Source: Lingula anatina
Lineage: Eukaryota; Animalia; Brachiopoda
NCBI GenBank assembly: GCA_051362555.1
Contig: CM120648.1
Coordinates: forward strand, 39,721-103,720
Direction of reading: 5' to 3'
DNA length: 64,000 nucleotides
In this document: piece after piece, positions 1 to 12,926 of the stretch
How the letters are laid out: each line of letters begins with the position of its first letter
Position numbering within the stretch: the stretch's first letter is position 1
Notes under the pieces: generated by a model
Database searches by the model: none
What the model saw: the letters and a program-made list of their open reading frames with translations, nothing else
What the model was told of the DNA's origin: nothing
Translations under genes and position numbers: made by a program

Positions 1-3000
1 CTAACCCTAACCCTAACCAACCCTAACCCTAACCCTAACCCTAACCCTAACCCTAACCCTAACCCCTAACCCTAACCCTAACCCTAACCCTAACCCTAAC
101 CCTAACCCTAACCCTAACCCTAACCCTAACCCTAACCTAACCCTAACCCTAACCCTAACCCTAACCCTAACCCCTAACCCTAACCCTAACCCTAACCCTA
201 ACCCTAACCCTAACCCTAACCCTAACCCTAACCCTAACCCTAACCCTAACCCTAACCCTAACCCTAACCTAACCCTAACCCCTAACCCTAACCCTAAACC
301 CTAACCCCTAACCCTAACCCATAACCCTAACCCTAACCTAACCCTAACCCTAACCCTAACCCTAACCCTAACCCTAACCCTAACCCTAACCCTAACCCTA
401 ACCCTAACCCTAACCCTAACCCTAACCCTAACCTAACCCTAACCCTAACCCTAACCCTAACCCCTAACCCTACCCTAACCCTAACCCTAACCTAACCCTA
501 ACCCTAACCCTAACCCTAACCCTAACCCTAACCCTAACCCTAACCCTAACCCTAACCTAACCCTAACCCTAACCTAACCCTAACCCTAACCCTAACCCTA
601 ACCCTAACCCTAACCCTAACCCTAACCCTAACCCTAACCCTAACCCTAACCCTAACCCTAACCCTAACCCTAACCCTAACCCTAACCCTAACCCTAACCC
701 TAACCCTAACCCTAACCCTAACCCTAACCCTAACCCTAACCCTAACCCTAACCCTAACCCTAACCCTAACCCTAACCCTAACCCTAACCCTAACCCTAAC
801 CCTAACCCTAACCCTAACCCTAACCCTAACCCTAACCCTAACCCTAACCCTAACCCTAACCCTAACCCTAACCCTAACCCTAACCCTAACCCTAACCCTA
901 ACCCTAACCCTAACCCTAACCCTAACCCTAACCCTAACCCTAACCCTAACCCTAACCCTAACCCTAACCCTAACCCTAACCCTAACCCTAACCCTAACCC
1001 TAACCCTAACCCTAACCCTAACCCTAACCCTAACCCTAACCCTAACCCTAACCCTAACCCTAACCCTAACCCTAACCCTAACCCTAACCCTAACCCTAAC
1101 CCTAACCCTAACCCTAACCCTAACCCTAACCCTAACCCTAACCCTAACCCTAACCCTAACCCTAACCCTAACCCTAACCCTAACCCTAACCCTAACCCTA
1201 ACCCTAACCCTAACCCTAACCCTAACCCTAACCCTAACCCTAACCCTAACCCTAACCCTAACCCTAACCCTAACCCTAACCCTAACCCTAACCCTAACCC
1301 TAACCCTAACCCTAACCCTAACCCTAACCCTAACCCTAACCCTAACCCTAACCCTAACCCTAACCCTAACCCTAACCCTAACCCTAACCCTAACCCTAAC
1401 CCTAACCCTAACCCTAACCCTAACCCTAACCCTAACCCTAACCCTAACCCTAACCCTAACCCTAACCCTAACCCTAACCCTAACCCTAACCCTAACCCTA
1501 ACCCTAACCCTAACCCTAACCCTAACCCTAACCCTAACCCTAACCCTAACCCTAACCCTAACCCTAACCCTAACCCTAACCCTAACCCTAACCCTAACCC
1601 TAACCCTAACCCTAACCCTAACCCTAACCCTAACCCTAACCCTAACCCTAACCCTAACCCTAACCCTAACCCTAACCCTAACCCTAACCCTAACCCTAAC
1701 CCTAACCCTAACCCTAACCCTAACCCTAACCCTAACCCTAACCCTAACCCTAACCCTAACCCTAACCCTAACCCTAACCCTAACCCTAACCCTAACCCTA
1801 ACCCTAACCCTAACCCTAACCCTAACCCTAACCCTAACCCTAACCCTAACCCTAACCCTAACCCTAACCCTAACCCTAACCCTAACCCTAACCCTAACCC
1901 TAACCCTAACCCTAACCCTAACCCTAACCCTAACCCTAACCCTAACCCTAACCCTAACCCTAACCCTAACCCTAACCCTAACCCTAACCCTAACCCTAAC
2001 CCTAACCCTAACCCTAACCCTAACCCTAACCCTAACCCTAACCCTAACCCTAACCCTAACCCTAACCCTAACCCTAACCCTAACCCTAACCCTAACCCTA
2101 ACCCTAACCCTAACCCTAACCCTAACCCTAACCCTAACCCTAACCCTAACCCTAACCCTAACCCTAACCCTAACCCTAACCCTAACCCTAACCCTAACCC
2201 TAACCCTAACCCTAACCCTAACCCTAACCCTAACCCTAACCCTAACCCTAACCCTAACCCTAACCCTAACCCTAACCCTAACCCTAACCCTAACCCTAAC
2301 CCTAACCCTAACCCTAACCCTAACCCTAACCCTAACCCTAACCCTAACCCTAACCCTAACCCTAACCCTAACCCTAACCCTAACCCTAACCCTAACCCTA
2401 ACCCTAACCCTAACCCTAACCCTAACCCTAACCCTAACCCTAACCCTAACCCTAACCCTAACCCTAACCCTAACCCTAACCCTAACCCTAACCCTAACCC
2501 TAACCCTAACCCTAACCCTAACCCTAACCCTAACCCTAACCCTAACCCTAACCCTAACCCTAACCCTAACCCTAACCCTAACCCTAACCCTAACCCTAAC
2601 CCTAACCCTAACCCTAACCCTAACCCTAACCCTAACCCTAACCCTAACCCTAACCCTAACCCTAACCCTAACCCTAACCCTAACCCTAACCCTAACCCTA
2701 ACCCTAACCCTAACCCTAACCCTAACCCTAACCCTAACCCTAACCCTAACCCTAACCCTAACCCTAACCCTAACCCTAACCCTAACCCTAACCCTAACCC
2801 TAACCCTAACCCTAACCCTAACCCTAACCCTAACCCTAACCCTAACCCTAACCCTAACCCTAACCCTAACCCTAACCCTAACCCTAACCCTAACCCTAAC
2901 CCTAACCCTAACCCTAACCCTAACCCTAACCCTAACCCTAACCCTAACCCTAACCCTAACCCTAACCCTAACCCTAACCCTAACCCTAACCCTAACCCTA

Positions 3001-6000
3001 ACCCTAACCCTAACCCTAACCCTAACCCTAACCCTAACCCTAACCCTAACCCTAACCCTAACCCTAACCCTAACCCTAACCCTAACCCTAACCCTAACCC
3101 TAACCCTAACCCTAACCCTAACCCTAACCCTAACCCTAACCCTAACCCTAACCCTAACCCTAACCCTAACCCTAACCCTAACCCTAACCCTAACCCTAAC
3201 CCTAACCCTAACCCTAACCCTAACCCTAACCCTAACCCTAACCCTAACCCTAACCCTAACCCTAACCCTAACCCTAACCCTAACCCTAACCCTAACCCTA
3301 ACCCTAACCCTAACCCTAACCCTAACCCTAACCCTAACCCTAACCCTAACCCTAACCCTAACCCTAACCCTAACCCTAACCCTAACCCTAACCCTAACCC
3401 TAACCCTAACCCTAACCCTAACCCTAACCCTAACCCTAACCCTAACCCTAACCCTAACCCTAACCCTAACCCTAACCCTAACCCTAACCCTAACCCTAAC
3501 CCTAACCCTAACCCTAACCCTAACCCTAACCCTAACCCTAACCCTAACCCTAACCCTAACCCTAACCCTAACCCTAACCCTAACCCTAACCCTAACCCTA
3601 ACCCTAACCCTAACCCTAACCCTAACCCTAACCCTAACCCTAACCCTAACCCTAACCCTAACCCTAACCCTAACCCTAACCCTAACCCTAACCCTAACCC
3701 TAACCCTAACCCTAACCCTAACCCTAACCCTAACCCTAACCCTAACCCTAACCCTAACCCTAACCCTAACCCTAACCCTAACCCTAACCCTAACCCTAAC
3801 CCTAACCCTAACCCTAACCCTAACCCTAACCCTAACCCTAACCCTAACCCTAACCCTAACCCTAACCCTAACCCTAACCCTAACCCTAACCCTAACCCTA
3901 ACCCTAACCCTAACCCTAACCCTAACCCTAACCCTAACCCTAACCCTAACCCTAACCCTAACCCTAACCCTAACCCTAACCCTAACCCTAACCCTAACCC
4001 TAACCCTAACCCTAACCCTAACCCTAACCCTAACCCTAACCCTAACCCTAACCCTAACCCTAACCCTAACCCTAACCCTAACCCTAACCCTAACCCTAAC
4101 CCTAACCCTAACCCTAACCCTAACCCTAACCCTAACCCTAACCCTAACCCTAACCCTAACCCTAACCCTAACCCTAACCCTAACCCTAACCCTAACCCTA
4201 ACCCTAACCCTAACCCTAACCCTAACCCTAACCCTAACCCTAACCCTAACCCTAACCCTAACCCTAACCCTAACCCTAACCCTAACCCTAACCCTAACCC
4301 TAACCCTAACCCTAACCCTAACCCTAACCCTAACCCTAACCCTAACCCTAACCCTAACCCTAACCCTAACCCTAACCCTAACCCTAACCCTAACCCTAAC
4401 CCTAACCCTAACCCTAACCCTAACCCTAACCCTAACCCTAACCCTAACCCTAACCCTAACCCTAACCCTAACCCTAACCCTAACCCTAACCCTAACCCTA
4501 ACCCTAACCCTAACCCTAACCCTAACCCTAACCCTAACCCTAACCCTAACCCTAACCCTAACCCTAACCCTAACCCTAACCCTAACCCTAACCCTAACCC
4601 TAACCCTAACCCTAACCCTAACCCTAACCCTAACCCTAACCCTAACCCTAACCCTAACCCTAACCCTAACCCTAACCCTAACCCTAACCCTAACCCTAAC
4701 CCTAACCCTAACCCTAACCCTAACCCTAACCCTAACCCTAACCCTAACCCTAACCCTAACCCTAACCCTAACCCTAACCCTAACCCTAACCCTAACCCTA
4801 ACCCTAACCCTAACCCTAACCCTAACCCTAACCCTAACCCTAACCCTAACCCTAACCCTAACCCTAACCCTAACCCTAACCCTAACCCTAACCCTAACCC
4901 TAACCCTAACCCTAACCCTAACCCTAACCCTAACCCTAACCCTAACCCTAACCCTAACCCTAACCCTAACCCTAACCCTAACCCTAACCCTAACCCTAAC
5001 CCTAACCCTAACCCTAACCCTAACCCTAACCCTAACCCTAACCCTAACCCTAACCCTAACCCTAACCCTAACCCTAACCCTAACCCTAACCCTAACCCTA
5101 ACCCTAACCCTAACCCTAACCCTAACCCTAACCCTAACCCTAACCCTAACCCTAACCCTAACCCTAACCCTAACCCTAACCCTAACCCTAACCCTAACCC
5201 TAACCCTAACCCTAACCCTAACCCTAACCCTAACCCTAACCCTAACCCTAACCCTAACCCTAACCCTAACCCTAACCCTAACCCTAACCCTAACCCTAAC
5301 CCTAACCCTAACCCTAACCCTAACCCTAACCCTAACCCTAACCCTAACCCTAACCCTAACCCTAACCCTAACCCTAACCCTAACCCTAACCCTAACCCTA
5401 ACCCTAACCCTAACCCTAACCCTAACCCTAACCCTAACCCTAACCCTAACCCTAACCCTAACCCTAACCCTAACCCTAACCCTAACCCTAACCCTAACCC
5501 TAACCCTAACCCTAACCCTAACCCTAACCCTAACCCTAACCCTAACCCTAACCCTAACCCTAACCCTAACCCTAACCCTAACCCTAACCCTAACCCTAAC
5601 CCTAACCCTAACCCTAACCCTAACCCTAACCCTAACCCTAACCCTAACCCTAACCCTAACCCTAACCCTAACCCTAACCCTAACCCTAACCCTAACCCTA
5701 ACCCTAACCCTAACCCTAACCCTAACCCTAACCCTAACCCTAACCCTAACCCTAACCCTAACCCTAACCCTAACCCTAACCCTAACCCTAACCCTAACCC
5801 TAACCCTAACCCTAACCCTAACCCTAACCCTAACCCTAACCCTAACCCTAACCCTAACCCTAACCCTAACCCTAACCCTAACCCTAACCCTAACCCTAAC
5901 CCTAACCCTAACCCTAACCCTAACCCTAACCCTAACCCTAACCCTAACCCTAACCCTAACCCTAACCCTAACCCTAACCCTAACCCTAACCCTAACCCTA

Positions 6001-8081
6001 ACCCTAACCCTAACCCTAACCCTAACCCTAACCCTAACCCTAACCCTAACCCTAACCCTAACCCTAACCCTAACCCTAACCCTAACCCTAACCCTAACCC
6101 TAACCCTAACCCTAACCCTAACCCTAACCCTAACCCTAACCCTAACCCTAACCCTAACCCTAACCCTAACCCTAACCCTAACCCTAACCCTAACCCTAAC
6201 CCTAACCCTAACCCTAACCCTAACCCTAACCCTAACCCTAACCCTAACCCTAACCCTAACCCTAACCCTAACCCTAACCCTAACCCTAACCCTAACCCTA
6301 ACCCTAACCCTAACCCTAACCCTAACCCTAACCCTAACCCTAACCCTAACCCTAACCCTAACCCTAACCCTAACCCTAACCCTAACCCTAACCCTAACCC
6401 TAACCCTAACCCTAACCCTAACCCTAACCCTAACCCTAACCCTAACCCTAACCCTAACCCTAACCCTAACCCTAACCCTAACCCTAACCCTAACCCTAAC
6501 CCTAACCCTAACCCTAACCCTAACCCTAACCCTAACCCTAACCCTAACCCTAACCCTAACCCTAACCCTAACCCTAACCCTAACCCTAACCCTAACCCTA
6601 ACCCTAACCCTAACCCTAACCCTAACCCTAACCCTAACCCTAACCCTAACCCTAACCCTAACCCTAACCCTAACCCTAACCCTAACCCTAACCCTAACCC
6701 TAACCCTAACCCTAACCCTAACCCTAACCCTAACCCTAACCCTAACCCTAACCCTAACCCTAACCCTAACCCTAACCCTAACCCTAACCCTAACCCTAAC
6801 CCTAACCCTAACCCTAACCCTAACCCTAACCCTAACCCTAACCCTAACCCTAACCCTAACCCTAACCCTAACCCTAACCCTAACCCTAACCCTAACCCTA
6901 ACCCTAACCCTAACCCTAACCCTAACCCTAACCCTAACCCTAACCCTAACCCTAACCCTAACCCTAACCCTAACCCTAACCCTAACCCTAACCCTAACCC
7001 TAACCCTAACCCTAACCCTAACCCTAACCCTAACCCTAACCCTAACCCTAACCCTAACCCTAACCCTAACCCTAACCCTAACCCTAACCCTAACCCTAAC
7101 CCTAACCCTAACCCTAACCCTAACCCTAACCCTAACCCTAACCCTAACCCTAACCCTAACCCTAACCCTAACCCTAACCCTAACCCTAACCCTAACCCTA
7201 ACCCTAACCCTAACCCTAACCCTAACCCTAACCCTAACCCTAACCCTAACCCTAACCCTAACCCTAACCCTAACCCTAACCCTAACCCTAACCCTAACCC
7301 TAACCCTAACCCTAACCCTAACCCTAACCCTAACCCTAACCCTAACCCTAACCCTAACCCTAACCCTAACCCTAACCCTAACCCTAACCCTAACCCTAAC
7401 CCTAACCCTAACCCTAACCCTAACCCTAACCCTAACCCTAACCCTAACCCTAACCCTAACCCTAACCCTAACCCTAACCCTAACCCTAACCCTAACCCTA
7501 ACCCTAACCCTAACCCTAACCCTAACCCTAACCCTAACCCTAACCCTAACCCTAACCCTAACCCTAACCCTAACCCTAACCCTAACCCTAACCCTAACCC
7601 TAACCCTAACCCTAACCCTAACCCTAACCCTAACCCTAACCCTAACCCTAACCCTAACCCTAACCCTAACCCTAACCCTAACCCTAACCCTAACCCTAAC
7701 CCTAACCCTAACCCTAACCCTAACCCTAACCCTAACCCTAACCCTAACCCTAACCCTAACCCTAACCCTAACCCTAACCCTAACCCTAACCCTAACCCTA
7801 ACCCCTAACCCTAACCCTAACCCTAACCCTAACCCTAACCCTAACCCTAACCCTAACCCTAACCCTAACCCTAACCCTAACCCTAACCCTAACCCTAACC
7901 CCTAACCCTAACCCCTAACCCTAACCCTAACCCTAACCCTAACCCCTAACCCTAACCCTAACCCTAACCCTAACCCTAACCCTAACCCTTAACCCTAACC
8001 CTAACCCTAACCCTAACCCTAACCCTAACCTAACCCTAACCCTAACCCTAACCCTAACCCTAACCCTAACCCTAACCCTAA
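1..8081. repeat. Telomeric array (CCCTAA)n / (TTAGGG)n, left chromosome end
   Basis: Continuous CCCTAA hexamers from base 1. Perfect from about 575 to 7800, with single-base indel variants distally (1-575) and proximally (7800-8081). Confidence 0.99.
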
Positions 8082-9218
8082 AAAAGGCGCAAAAACTAAA
8101 AAAAAAAAAAACACTCCCTTAGTCTTTATTTAAAGAAGCTTTAATTGATTCCTAGGCGGTAATAATCACTGATCTCTATCCTATACCAGCTACGCAACAG
8201 ATCAAACTTGAATTGAGTCAATAGCTAAACTGGCATGGCGCCATTCACGTCATACTGCCCTTTCATCTTAGAGTGCTGTTTTCTCGGTGGGATTATCAGC
8301 AAGATAATTTCTTCTTCTTCTTTTTTTTTTTTTCGAAAGTCACATCACCGCTTTTAGTTTACCCAACTTTTAATTTTTTAAATACCCTCCCCTCTTCTCA
8401 AGGCTGTTTATATTGTCTTACAGTACCCGGGGCAACTCCACAGTGGCCATTAGAAATGGTTAAGGCTACTCAAAACCAAAAAAAGCCAAAGTGTGAACCG
8501 CTTTATCTCTCTTTAGCTCTTTAACACCAGGCCCCTCATCAGCAATTCCGAAGGGGGTATTTTTCCGAAAAAAATTAAACACTTTTATCGTAGAACGTAC
8601 ATATGGTTTATTTATGCTTTCATAAAAGCCAAATAAAAACAAGCCTTGGCAGATGTAAAATCATGTTTAGTATATCGAAAACTTGTTAAAATTACAACCC
8701 TTGACGAAAAGAAAAAAGTTTTACCCAGTCTGTATATTTCAAAAATCAGGAAAACAATCCTTGCTCTAATAAAATAACATTTACACATTACTAAAATTTT
8801 GTTATAAAATGTCGCCATAAGCAGTATCATTTCCCTCAATTTTAAATGAACACGGTAAATGATACAGAGCATCACATAACAGCATCCATTATAAAAAACT
8901 GCTTAAGTGTAATAGAAAGTGAATGAGTATAAGCGTTTCATTAAATCTACAAAATACAAAACCTACACAATGAAGACAAAATTAAGAAATTACAAAAGTG
9001 ACATCAAAAGTTGTAAAAAACACTACTTTCATACATATTAACCATTTAAACATTAAACGTTTACAAAATGAAAACTGGAACCATTATTAAGAAAAAAGAC
9101 TGGTCACTAACCATATGATCAGTGGATAATTTCAGATATTTTTTAAGTTAAACGTATATACAATTCCATCCATGCTAATAAGATTATTTCCGCAAGTATG
9201 CTTACAGCATCACACTTT

Positions 9219-9489
9219 GCAGGGGCGGATTTAGGGGTGGGAGGTCAGGGGCGATTAAAAAATCACACTAATGGTCCCCTCTTGAAATGAGAACTTTGAC
9301 GAGCTAAATCATAGTTCTAAACCGTACCAAATGGCACCGTTAACCCTCTAAAATATCAAAAATTTTCTTGGACCTACAGCGGGCCCCGAACCCCACGCCA
9401 AAGGTTCGGGGGGGGGGGGGGGGGGGGGGGGGGGAGGGTCTGCTTCGCATCCGCGGACCCCCTTCAAATAATCCTGGATCCGCCCCTGC
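9219..9489. mobile_element. Short non-autonomous DNA transposon (MITE-like) with GCAGGGGCGGAT termini
   Basis: GCAGGGGCGGAT (9219-9230) and its reverse complement ATCCGCCCCTGC (9478-9489) enclose a GC-rich core with a poly-G tract in an AT-rich background. Superfamily not assignable by eye. Confidence 0.65.
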
Positions 9490-9687
9490 CTCAGAGAGAT
9501 TCCTGCAGGTCTAGCCTCCAGATCAAGCATTCAACCTTCGAGTGATTGCAAGCATTTATAGTTCGACTGATCACTAGCGGTCATAATTACTGGGCAGCAT
9601 TTCCGTGTCTACGGGCCGTTATATCTTGTTATGCTACTGGGGCGTGTTTGACGCCAGTCGGAAATACCCCACTCCCATCCTCTTTAT

Positions 9688-9688
9688 T

Positions 9689-9741
<53 letters not shown>
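9688..9741. repeat. (CT)n(CA)n compound microsatellite
   Basis: Read directly from the sequence. Confidence 0.95.
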
Positions 9742-9742
<1 letters not shown>

Positions 9743-9814
9743 TTGAAAAAAAGGGGACCTACAATTCATAAGAAAACATTTTTGGAATCATATTTTAAAA
9801 ACTCACTGACTAAA

Positions 9815-10003
9815 GGGAATTATCGCGTAGCACGTGCATTGCGATAGAGATAACGATATTTCTACTGCAAACATTAATTCATGATAGTATACTGTTATTT
9901 ATGGTGCAGACTTCATACATCAGGTCCTACTTTAAGGTTGGAAATTCCAACATATGTCGCAGTAGGAAATATCGCTGAGTAGGCGTCCGTTGGGCTATAT
10001 AAA
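9815..10003 (+). promoter_or_regulatory. Putative promoter of the HEPN gene: TATA box and kB-like sites
   Basis: TATATAAA at 9996-10003, TGGAAATTCC at 9939-9948 and GGGAATTATC at 9815-9824. A putative non-coding first exon ends at donor AGG|GTAAGC (10263/10264); acceptor TTTCAG (to 10561) sits just before the ATG at 10563. Confidence 0.4.
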
Positions 10004-10394
10004 CATCAAACTAACGCGAAAGAGACAATTACAGACAGAAAGAACCTAACTATGAAGATGGCCGTCCACAATTAAGTCGGACCTGCCCGTGAAAGGGCAG
10101 GCGATATATGAAGTTTACTTCATCGCTGTACTATCGACGTTTTTTTTCGAAGCAAATAATATCATTAATATAGAAGAAACCCGATTGATTCTGCGAAGAG
10201 GACAAGGAAGAACATACACTTCTTCGGTGTAAATTAGAATAACTGAGAATCAAATATTTCAGGGTAAGCTTACTATCGACTTAATTTTCACAATATTTCA
10301 AGTTAAGAATACTGAGATCTGCACTACGTTTGTGGGACTGTTTTAGACGTTAGCACATAATGTAAAACAGAAAAGGTGATGTTGTGGTTCTAAT

Positions 10395-10430
10395 CATGGA
10401 CATAATGAGAGATCTCTCATTATGTCCATG
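10395..10430. mobile_element. Perfect 36-bp palindrome with 7-bp flanking direct repeat (minimal P-like element or footprint)
   Basis: CATGGACATAATGAGAGATCTCTCATTATGTCCATG is self-complementary and flanked by TTCTAAT at 10388-10394 and 10431-10437. Confidence 0.7.
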
Positions 10431-10562
10431 TTCTAATGTATCACACTGCGTGTCAAGGGCCGACAGGTCACTCTGTCACGTTACACCTGAAAGCGTGATA
10501 TCTTAAACAATAATGAGCTCTATGTTTATCTAAGTGAACCCTTCCTAACTCTGTGTTTCAGA

Positions 10563-11141
10563 ATGGTCGTTGACAACCAGTCCTATGCTCGCCTCGCCCA
10601 TTTGGTGCTGGACCTGGGGGCAGTTGCATTACGTCATTATTTCTCGGCATCAATCCTCCAGAATGGAGAGACATTGGAGCAGTTTCTGACACGCAATAAA
10701 CAGAATATCTGGGACTGCTACAAACGGAAAAAGGTGATTCACAAATCACAGTACGAACTACTCTTCTTGCCAAACATTCTGCACACACCAAAACTAGACG
10801 ACTTGGATGTGACATTGCTATGTTTTCTGATCCGTGAATTTCATCCCAATGTTCCAGTAACATGGTATGGTTGGAGTTGCCCAGACAAAGCTAAAGCAAA
10901 AGCTGACCCTCTTATGACACCAGAGATAGAGGCTATCATAAATATCAAGTACCACAGGAACCAACTGGCACATAGAGGTACTACCGTGGTTAAAGACCAG
11001 GAGTTTGAAAAGATGTGGAACACTATTGCTCCCAGTGTTGTCACACTGGGTGTGGAGAAACCAGTAGTTGAGGAAGCCAGAATGGAAGTCATTGGCATTC
11101 AACATTACATTCTACTCCTAAACGTTTTATTTAATTACTAA
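10563..11141 (+). CDS. Stand-alone DZIP3/hRUL138-like HEPN domain protein
   Basis: 192-aa ORF with the family pattern: N-terminal YARLAHLVLDLGAVALR helix, LEQFL, QYELLF, DLDVTLLCFLIR, P..W.GW..P, HEPN motif RNQLAH (Rx4H, 10956-10973), then EFEKMW..I...V..LG. The C-terminus may be spliced to 11390-11427. Confidence 0.8.
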   Translation: MVVDNQSYARLAHLVLDLGAVALRHYFSASILQNGETLEQFLTRNKQNIWDCYKRKKVIHKSQYELLFLPNILHTPKLDDLDVTLLCFLIREFHPNVPVTWYGWSCPDKAKAKADPLMTPEIEAIINIKYHRNQLAHRGTTVVKDQEFEKMWNTIAPSVVTLGVEKPVVEEARMEVIGIQHYILLLNVLFNY

Positions 11142-11349
11142 GGAGTAAATAAGTTGTATTAATGATACATCTGAGACTCCGAAGATCTACTTTATACAGA
11201 TGAAATATGTAATCACACTGGGCGTGGAGAAACGAGTAGTTGAGTAGATTTTTGAAGTAATATGTAATGTATGGGATGACATATTACATCTATAAAGTAG
11301 ACATCTTCGGAGTCTGAGATGCATCATTAATACAACTTATTTACTCCTT
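11140..11349. repeat. Inverted repeat (~70-bp arms) downstream of the HEPN ORF
   Basis: AAGGAGTAAATAAGTTGTATTAATGATACATCTGAGACTCCGAAGATCTACTTTATA (from 11140) is the near-perfect reverse complement of 11291-11349. Pairing extends imperfectly to about 11213/11275. Confidence 0.9.
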
Positions 11350-12926
11350 TAAGATGTGCGTTTGATTTGGTCTTCAAGTGCAATTTCAGATCAAAAACAA
11401 TCTTACATGGTCTCAAACCACAAGTAAGACAATTACTGGACCGACTTGTTTTGTCTCCCCTCACACGTTCTCCTATTGTGTCAGGAGCAGAGGTGTCCTC
11501 CATTGTGAGCGGAGGAAATTGCTTGACCACGTAAATAGATGTTAGATCATTTTTATCTTTAAAAAAGCAGTTTCAGTCCATTTCAAGACCACTGCTGTAA
11601 TGATTGAGACCGTGTAAGATTATTTGTGATCTAAAACTGCACTTTAAGACCAAATCAGCTCTAGTGTTGTATCCTAGTGCACTAGTGCTGTATCCTCCCC
11701 AGGGAGGTGAGAGCGACAACTTATAGTGTGCAGCAGTGCCAAAATAACCAGGCCTCATTTGAATTTGGGAATTAAATAAATATATATGTAACTTCAACCC
11801 TCGTGGTTGCAATATCTCAATAAAGATTATTATTCTTATTCTTAGATTATTATTTTTTTTATTAACCTTAGATATGTAGATAATGTTCTTTCTGTACTTA
11901 AAATTTGCTTATAAAACCTCTGTAGAGCAGGGTGGATTTTCCAGACCTGTTTGGGTGTGGGGGGAGGGGGGGGGGTTCAAGAGGTAAACAGAGGTACATT
12001 TTGTTCATTGCTAATTCTGACTTTCCTCTTTCACACACATAGTACACGTGAAATAATCTGAACCTAGTACCTACTTTATTTCATCTTCCCAACATATGCC
12101 CATCAAATATAGCACAGGCGCTGAGCCTTGAATGCATACTAAAATCGGGAGAATCGGAGCATAAGTAAGCCCAGCGCCTTTGCTCTATTTGATGGGGACA
12201 TTTGAGACGAAGAAAGCCAAAATATGTAGGTAGTTGGTTCACATATCTGTAATGTGTGTACAAAGACACAAAGAGAACATTCAGAACAGATGATCCACGG
12301 ACTAACTTAATGCGCTCAAAATGTACTACTGGTTTGGAAGTTAAACCCCCTAAAGTTGATTAAGACTCTATAATCTTGTTTAATGACACTGTTGAAATAT
12401 AATTCACCTTTCATAAAAACTTAATTCCTTTTCATTTTATTCATTTAGCTATAAAAAGAAAAAAAAAGTTAAAAAATGTACAAAAATGACAGTTATAATA
12501 AATTAATAAAATAATGTTGACAAAATATTTCTAAAAAATGTACAGAAGAAGTTTTATATTCATCATTTATCCTTCTTCAGTCTTGTTTGTACAAATCCCA
12601 ATGGACGGCAGCATATGTGTGGGGCTTTGTCATCTCCTCACAAACAAATGCCTTGCTTTATCTCTCATGTTTTCTTAATCCATGTAAGCCATATGATATC
12701 AACAGTTCCACCACAACAGTGGTTCAATCCATTGCTCCTTTACTTCTGTCAATCTTTCTCTTAACTTAAACTAAGAAGTGGGCAATATTTTGCTTTAGAA
12801 AAAAAAGATGTGTCCAGCTTTCATCCTTCTCCGTTGGGCTCTGTGCCATCTATTTAACACTAGACAGGTGCTGCCATCTATTGTCTATTTAACACCAGAC
12901 AGGTGCTGCCACCTTTTGTCTTTATG

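Noticed and set aside
1-575. Variant telomeric repeats at the distal tip
   Set aside because: Scattered single-base indels in homopolymer runs where coverage is lowest; most likely consensus errors.
8082-8111. A-rich tract at the junction as the tail of a telomere-specific retrotransposon (SART/TRAS-like)
   Set aside because: The tract is preceded by telomere rather than by an element body, and no RT or endonuclease ORF is nearby.
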